From NCBI GenBank assembly GCA_027622555.1, contig JAQBYJ010000001.1, forward strand, positions 10,108-74,107: 64,000 nucleotides of DNA. The letters run 5' to 3'. Under the pieces are notes generated by a model, which saw nothing but the letters and a program-made list of their open reading frames with translations, did no database searches and was not told where the DNA came from. Positions 59,515-64,000 of this stretch are shown one piece after another. How positions within the stretch are numbered: position 1 is the first letter of the stretch; every line of letters starts with the position of its first letter. A program made the translations under genes and the position numbers. The stretch is from Verrucomicrobiota bacterium (lineage in GTDB: Bacteria > Verrucomicrobiota > Verrucomicrobiia > Opitutales > UBA2995).

Positions 59515-59715
59515 TTACTTGGCGGCGGCTACGGCGCGTTCTTTCAAAATGGTTTCCATACGGGCGATATTCCTTCGCAGAACTCGCAATTCGGAGGGCG
59601 TTTCCACCTGTCCCGATTGTTTACGTAAACGAAGGTGCAGCAATTCGCTACTAGTGTCGCGCAGTTGCTTTTCTATTTCTTGTTCGGAAAGGTTTCTAAC
59701 TTCTTTAGCTTTCAT
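59515..59715 (-). CDS. rpmC: 50S ribosomal protein L29
   Basis: 66 aa. MKAKEVRNLSEQEIEKQLRDTSSELLHLRLRK. Confidence 0.94.
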   Translation of the reverse strand: MKAKEVRNLSEQEIEKQLRDTSSELLHLRLRKQSGQVETPSELRVLRRNIARMETILKERAVAAAK

Positions 59716-59726
59716 GATAATAATTC

Positions 59727-60146
59727 CTAATCGATTGTCTCACGGACAACAAAACGGCATCTAAAAGGTAATTTCCCATCGGCAAGTCGCATGCCTTCGC
59801 GAGCGATAGTCTCACTGACACCTCCCACTTCGAACAACATGGTGCCGGGTTTGATGACAGCTACCCAATGGTCAACGCTACCTTTACCCTTACCCATCCG
59901 TACTTCTAATGGTTTTTTGGTAATTGGCTTTTGTGGGAATATACGAATCCACACTTTACCTTTTCTTTTTAAATAACGGGTCACAGCAACACGAGCAGCT
60001 TCAATTTGCTGAGCAGTCATGGCACCACGCTCGAGTGATTGGATGCCAAAATCTCCAAAGGCAAGGGTGTTCCCACGTTGGGCTATCCCATTAACGCGGC
60101 CTTTGTGCTGCTTGCGATACTTGGTTCTAGATGGTAATAAAGGCAT
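59727..60146 (-). CDS. rplP: 50S ribosomal protein L16
   Basis: 139 aa. [36 protein letters not shown]. Confidence 0.97.
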   Translation of the reverse strand: MPLLPSRTKYRKQHKGRVNGIAQRGNTLAFGDFGIQSLERGAMTAQQIEAARVAVTRYLKRKGKVWIRIFPQKPITKKPLEVRMGKGKGSVDHWVAVIKPGTMLFEVGGVSETIAREGMRLADGKLPFRCRFVVRETID

Positions 60147-60173
60147 GATTCAAATTCTCTTTTTCAGTCCGAT

Positions 60174-60800
60174 TTATTCTTCGTTTTCTTTTAGTATCCA
60201 GCATTTCACACCGATAATTCCATATACGGTACTGGCTTCCGCAAATCCATAGTCGATATCTTCACGCAGGGTATGAAGAGGAACCCGACCTTTTTTTACC
60301 ATTTCAGCGCGGGCGATATCAGTACCTCCCAGACGCCCGGCAACGCGGATCTTAATTCCTTGGACGCCGAGGCTATCAGCAATCTGCACGGCTTTTTTCA
60401 TGGCGCGGCGAAATGAAATGCGTCGCTCAAGTTGAAGAGCCACATTCTCAGCGACCAATTGTGCTTCAATCTCAGGTTTTTTGACCTCCTGGATGTCCAG
60501 CATAACTTCGCGCTTTACCAGCTTGTTTAATTTCGCTTTGAGCTTTTCAAGCTCCTGACCTTTACGACCAATAACGATACCTGGACGAGCGGTATAGATT
60601 TTTACGCGAATACGATTGGACGCACGCTCAATAAAAATACGTGGCACAGAAGCGAACCTGAGTTTGTCGGTGAGTATCTTCCGGATACGGTAATCCTCTT
60701 CGAGGCAAATGCTGAAATTCTTCTTATCGGCATACCAGCGTGACTCCCAGTTACGGCGGACCGCTAGGCGAAAACCAATTGGATGTGTTTTTTGTCCCAT
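60174..60800 (-). CDS. rpsC: 30S ribosomal protein S3
   Basis: 208 aa. MGQKTHPIGFRLAVRRNWESRWYA, KH domain, GRLGGTDIAR. Confidence 0.97.
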   Translation of the reverse strand: MGQKTHPIGFRLAVRRNWESRWYADKKNFSICLEEDYRIRKILTDKLRFASVPRIFIERASNRIRVKIYTARPGIVIGRKGQELEKLKAKLNKLVKREVMLDIQEVKKPEIEAQLVAENVALQLERRISFRRAMKKAVQIADSLGVQGIKIRVAGRLGGTDIARAEMVKKGRVPLHTLREDIDYGFAEASTVYGIIGVKCWILKENEE

Positions 60801-60818
60801 GTTGCTTGTGTCTCTAAA

Positions 60819-61154
60819 TTATTTGTCGTCAGAAAGGATGATGCGAATGTGGCTCGTACGCTTAACGAAAGGTTTAGCAGAACCACGGGCACCAGCACGA
60901 AAACGTTTAAGGCTAGGGCCTTCCTCAATAACTGCTTTTTTAATGATAAGATCCTCGCCGGAAAGGTTGTTGTTATTTTCGGCGTTCGCTATAGCTGAAT
61001 GCAGGGTCTTTGCCACTAGACGAGCCGACTTGCGTGGAATAAACTTTAACAGTTGTTCTGCTTCAGCGGCGCGACGACCTTGAATCTCGCGAATAACTTC
61101 GCGGGCCTTCTTAGGTGATACCCGAACGTATTTTGTGAGTGCCTGGACTTCCAT
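60819..61154 (-). CDS. rplV: 50S ribosomal protein L22
   Basis: 111 aa. RVSPKKAREVIREIQGR, GPSLKRFRAGARGSAKPFVKRTSHI. Confidence 0.96.
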   Translation of the reverse strand: MEVQALTKYVRVSPKKAREVIREIQGRRAAEAEQLLKFIPRKSARLVAKTLHSAIANAENNNNLSGEDLIIKKAVIEEGPSLKRFRAGARGSAKPFVKRTSHIRIILSDDK

Positions 61155-61166
61155 GATTACTTCGTT

Positions 61167-61508
61167 TTAAAGAGTTTGTACTTTGATTTTTGCCCGATCT
61201 CCAATTGCTAGAGATTCATGGGGACTAATTTGCGTAATGAGTGCTGCGGAGCAGTCTTTGTCTGAGCGAGTTACCAACAACTCCCCAATTTTACGACCTT
61301 CGCGAAAGACGGATAAAAGCATGCCACGTTCAATGCCCTGTTGGAGGCCGCCGCTGATCGCGACGAGATCCGCCAATTCACCGGCTTCGATAGCAGCAAC
61401 AAGTATTCCATTCTGGGAGCCGTGATTATCCGCATACAGGCTGGCAGAGCTTGCTCCGAAAACCAGAGAAGCAACTAACAGCGAGCGTATACAAATAATC
61501 AGATTCAT
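61167..61508 (-). CDS. small secreted hypothetical protein embedded in the S10 operon
   Basis: 113 aa from the ATG at 61508, which lies 7 nt after the rpsS stop. Its own stop is 12 nt before the rplV start. Signal peptide MNLIICIRSLLVASLVFGASSASLYA. The mature ~87-aa part is beta-rich (GMLLSVFREGRKIGELLVTRSDKDCSAALITQI..LAIGDRAKIKV). No family recognised. The track ORF start at 61571 would overlap rpsS. Confidence 0.6.
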   Translation of the reverse strand: MNLIICIRSLLVASLVFGASSASLYADNHGSQNGILVAAIEAGELADLVAISGGLQQGIERGMLLSVFREGRKIGELLVTRSDKDCSAALITQISPHESLAIGDRAKIKVQTL

Positions 61509-61515
61509 CCTAAAA

Positions 61516-61785
61516 TTATTTCTTGGTATGAGTTCCGTGACTCTTGAATGTGCGGGTTTGAGAAAATTCACCTAACTTGTGTCCCACCATATTCTCAGTT
61601 ACGTATACCGGCAAAAATGCTTTGCCGTTGTGCACGTTGATTGTCAGGCCGACAAAGTCTGGAGTGATAGTAGAACGGCGTGACCAAGTATTAAGTGGTT
61701 TGCGTGAGTTAGCCTTTTGAGCGATCGCAACCTTATCCATCAACTTGGGATCTATGAAAAAACCTTTTTTTAGTGAACGAGCCAT
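61516..61785 (-). CDS. rpsS: 30S ribosomal protein S19
   Basis: 89 aa. [38 protein letters not shown]. Confidence 0.97.
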   Translation of the reverse strand: MARSLKKGFFIDPKLMDKVAIAQKANSRKPLNTWSRRSTITPDFVGLTINVHNGKAFLPVYVTENMVGHKLGEFSQTRTFKSHGTHTKK

Positions 61786-61790
61786 GTGAA

Positions 61791-62633
61791 TTAACGCTTA
61801 AACTTTTTACCGTTACGATTAACGAGAATGAATTTGTTGGTCGTCTTCGACTTACGACGTGTGGGGAAGCCCTTAGACAATTGACCCCACGGTGAAGTGG
61901 GATGTCCACCACCAGAGGTACGACCCTCACCACCACCCATAGGGTGATCGACAGGGTTCATCGCAACACCGCGAACACGAGGACGTTTTCCTAACCAGCG
62001 AGACCGACCTGCTTTACCGATTGTGCGACTTTGGTGTTGGTGGTTACCAACTTCTCCAATCGTGGCGCGGCACTTCAGATTCACCAAACGAATTTCTCCA
62101 CTTGGCATTTTAACAGTCGCATAACCTCCATCAAGGCCCATCAACTGAGCAGCAGTTCCAGCAGCGCGAGCAACTTGTCCTCCCTTTCCGGGAATAAGCT
62201 CAATGTTGTGAATCTTGGTTGAGGGCGGAATATTGGAAAGAACTAATGAGTTGCCTGGATTGATCTCACTTGAAGTTTCAGAAGCAACAATACTGTCACC
62301 GATCTCTAGACCACGTGGGGCTATAATGTAGCGTTTTTCTCCATCCGCATACGCGAGCAATGCAAGATTGGCCGAACGATTTGGATCATACTGAATGTCC
62401 TGGATCTTCGCCGGGATATCCAACTTCTCTCTACGGAAATCAATGATACGAATGTGGCGTTTATGTCCTCCGCCTCTTCGGCGAGTGGTAATACGACCAT
62501 AAGCATTACGTCCACTAGACCGCTTCTTGTGAATGGTCAGTCCACGCTCTGGGCGGGCTTTCGACAGTTCCACTTTGTTCTGCTTATAAAATCTCTGACT
62601 AGGAGTTATGGGTCTTTTTTCTACGAGTGCCAT
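61791..62633 (-). CDS. rplB: 50S ribosomal protein L2
   Basis: 280 aa. [38 protein letters not shown]. Confidence 0.97.
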   Translation of the reverse strand: MALVEKRPITPSQRFYKQNKVELSKARPERGLTIHKKRSSGRNAYGRITTRRRGGGHKRHIRIIDFRREKLDIPAKIQDIQYDPNRSANLALLAYADGEKRYIIAPRGLEIGDSIVASETSSEINPGNSLVLSNIPPSTKIHNIELIPGKGGQVARAAGTAAQLMGLDGGYATVKMPSGEIRLVNLKCRATIGEVGNHQHQSRTIGKAGRSRWLGKRPRVRGVAMNPVDHPMGGGEGRTSGGGHPTSPWGQLSKGFPTRRKSKTTNKFILVNRNGKKFKR

Positions 62634-62652
62634 TTTGAAAGTTCGGTGTGTG

Positions 62653-62943
62653 TTATACTATTTCGATGGTGTCGCCGTCCTTCAAAGACACGATGGCCCT
62701 TTTGACAGATGCAGTCTGGCCGAATTTGCCACGACGTTTACGATCACTCTTTCTCTTACCTTTACGGTTAAGAATATTAACGCGAGTTACAGTCACATTG
62801 AATGTCTTTTCAACAGCATGCTTAACAGAGATCCTGTCGGCTTCTGGAAAGACTTCGAAAGTATACTGTCCAAGATTGGAAGACAGGATATTCGATTTCT
62901 CCGTGATACTAAATTCTTTCAATACTTGATACGCAGGTTTCAT
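62653..62943 (-). CDS. rplW: 50S ribosomal protein L23
   Basis: 96 aa. [41 protein letters not shown]. Confidence 0.94.
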   Translation of the reverse strand: MKPAYQVLKEFSITEKSNILSSNLGQYTFEVFPEADRISVKHAVEKTFNVTVTRVNILNRKGKRKSDRKRRGKFGQTASVKRAIVSLKDGDTIEIV

Positions 62944-63575
62944 GAATTGTCGGCCTCCATCCGTTGCATGAGGGTGGCGATTGCTGCTTCAGTTATAACA
63001 ATAGTGCTATAAAGTGAAAGTTGCAGTGTGTTGAGATAGGCAGCATCTTCAGTGTCCAACCCGGCGATATTGCGTGAAGCAAAAACCACTTCGTCTTGAA
63101 ACCCGCTGTCTACGATGAGAATGGATCCGCGCGTTGGAACAACCTGCTTGATCACATCCACAAATAGCTTGGTCTTTGGCTCAGCAATTTTGAACTCTTT
63201 AATGACAACGAGAGATCCATCGACTGCCCGGTCGAAAAGTGCACGCTGGAAGGCAAGTGACTTAACCTTCTTGTTCACCTTTTTGGAATAGTCGCGTGGT
63301 TTAGGACCCATGGCAACACCACCACCAGAATGAAGGGGTGACCTGGAACTTCCCTGGCGAGCCATACCCGTGCCTTTTTGGCGGAAAGGTTTCTTACCTC
63401 CACCTCGAACCTCTGCGCGAGTTTTCGTGCTGGCGGTTCCGAAGCGCTTGTTCGCGCGAATGGCAATTATTACTTCCTTAATGGCTTGAACGCCTCTGTC
63501 TCCTTCGAATGAAGGGAAGGCAAATTCTTTATTACCGCTGGAAGATCCGTCTGATTTAAAAGTCTTCAGTTTCAT
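62940..63575 (-). CDS. rplD: 50S ribosomal protein L4
   Basis: 211 aa. RGGGKKPFRQKGTGMARQGSSRSPLHSGGGVAMGPKPRDY. Confidence 0.96.
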   Translation of the reverse strand: MKLKTFKSDGSSSGNKEFAFPSFEGDRGVQAIKEVIIAIRANKRFGTASTKTRAEVRGGGKKPFRQKGTGMARQGSSRSPLHSGGGVAMGPKPRDYSKKVNKKVKSLAFQRALFDRAVDGSLVVIKEFKIAEPKTKLFVDVIKQVVPTRGSILIVDSGFQDEVVFASRNIAGLDTEDAAYLNTLQLSLYSTIVITEAAIATLMQRMEADNS

Positions 63576-63590
63576 GATTTAATGCTCCTG

Positions 63591-64000
63591 TTAGGCTCTC
63601 GCTGTGCGGGTTTTCTTTGAAGTACGGATAAGAACCTGAGAACCGTTGAACCCAGGAGTGCTTCCTTTAACAAGAATGAGGTTTTTGTCCTCATAAATCT
63701 TAACAACCTTCAAGTTTTGAACGGTCCGCTGCTTGTCACCCATATGACCAGGCATGATTTGCCCTTTAAACACATGGCCAGGATCTTGACACAGACCGAT
63801 GGAACCAATCCGGCGATGGAACATAGATCCATGAGAGGCAGGACCACCTTTAACGTTCCAACGTTTTACTACGCCTTGGAAGCCACGGCCCTTAGTAGTT
63901 CCAACCACATCGACTTTAGCTCCTTCGACAAATCCAGATACTGTTAAAGTGTCTCCAACTTTTACCTCTGGTACTGAAGTGCAGCGAATTTCTCTCAATT
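63591..64000 (-). CDS. rplC: 50S ribosomal protein L3, C-terminal part (5' end beyond the window)
   Basis: GTTKGRGFQGVVKRWNVKGGPASHGS..HRRIGSIG, MPGHMGDKQRTVQNLKVV. The frame is open to the window edge. Confidence 0.95.
   Translation of the reverse strand, partial: LREIRCTSVPEVKVGDTLTVSGFVEGAKVDVVGTTKGRGFQGVVKRWNVKGGPASHGSMFHRRIGSIGLCQDPGHVFKGQIMPGHMGDKQRTVQNLKVVKIYEDKNLILVKGSTPGFNGSQVLIRTSKKTRTARA

Overview
Compact, largely housekeeping chromosomal window, about 90% coding and mostly on the minus strand. I found no transposase, integrase, CRISPR array or recognisable defence genes. PEP-CTERM sorting, a bS22-like micro-ORF, a TonB2-type cluster and the overall gene content suggest a Verrucomicrobiota/PVC-like marine bacterium; that is inference only.

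Contents, left to right:
- a truncated TPR lipoprotein, kdsD and a YjbQ-like gene
- an ECF sigma / anti-sigma / HtrA-like operon, with a divergent CPBP protease
- a pilMNOPQ-like secretin cluster
- a 32-aa hyperbasic bS22-like ORF that is missing from the ORF track
- an RluA-like gene, rpsT and RNase P RNA (rnpB, type A), which explains three spurious track ORFs
- a COG1579 zinc-ribbon gene, an Rrf2 regulator, gyrB-gyrA, a DEDDh exonuclease, an IMPase-family gene, an LbH protein, tRNA-Met and rpsB-tsf
- a 10-gene array made of two tandem TonB2-type modules (DUF3450 / TtpC-like / ExbB / ExbD / TonB / TPR)
- kdsB, carA, a KamA radical-SAM gene, a small PEP-CTERM protein, a CaCA antiporter and tRNA-Gly
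- a PAS kinase / NtrC-type regulator / PBP-like operon, gltA, a LolA-like gene with hisDCBH, and guaA
- most of the alpha/spc/S10 ribosomal super-operon (rplQ through rplC)

Observations I rate highest:
1. A signal-peptide ORF sits tightly between rpsS and rplV inside the S10 operon.
2. The second TonB2-like module has no TonB and no short ExbB.
3. The HtrA/PDZ protein in the ECF operon has lost His, Asp and Ser of the catalytic triad.
4. S11 carries a long N-terminal low-complexity extension (~160 aa) and L17 a C-terminal one (~85 aa); SecY has an extra C-terminal hydrophobic segment.

I cannot show that any of these is a new system. All functional calls come from motif recognition by eye, with no database searches.
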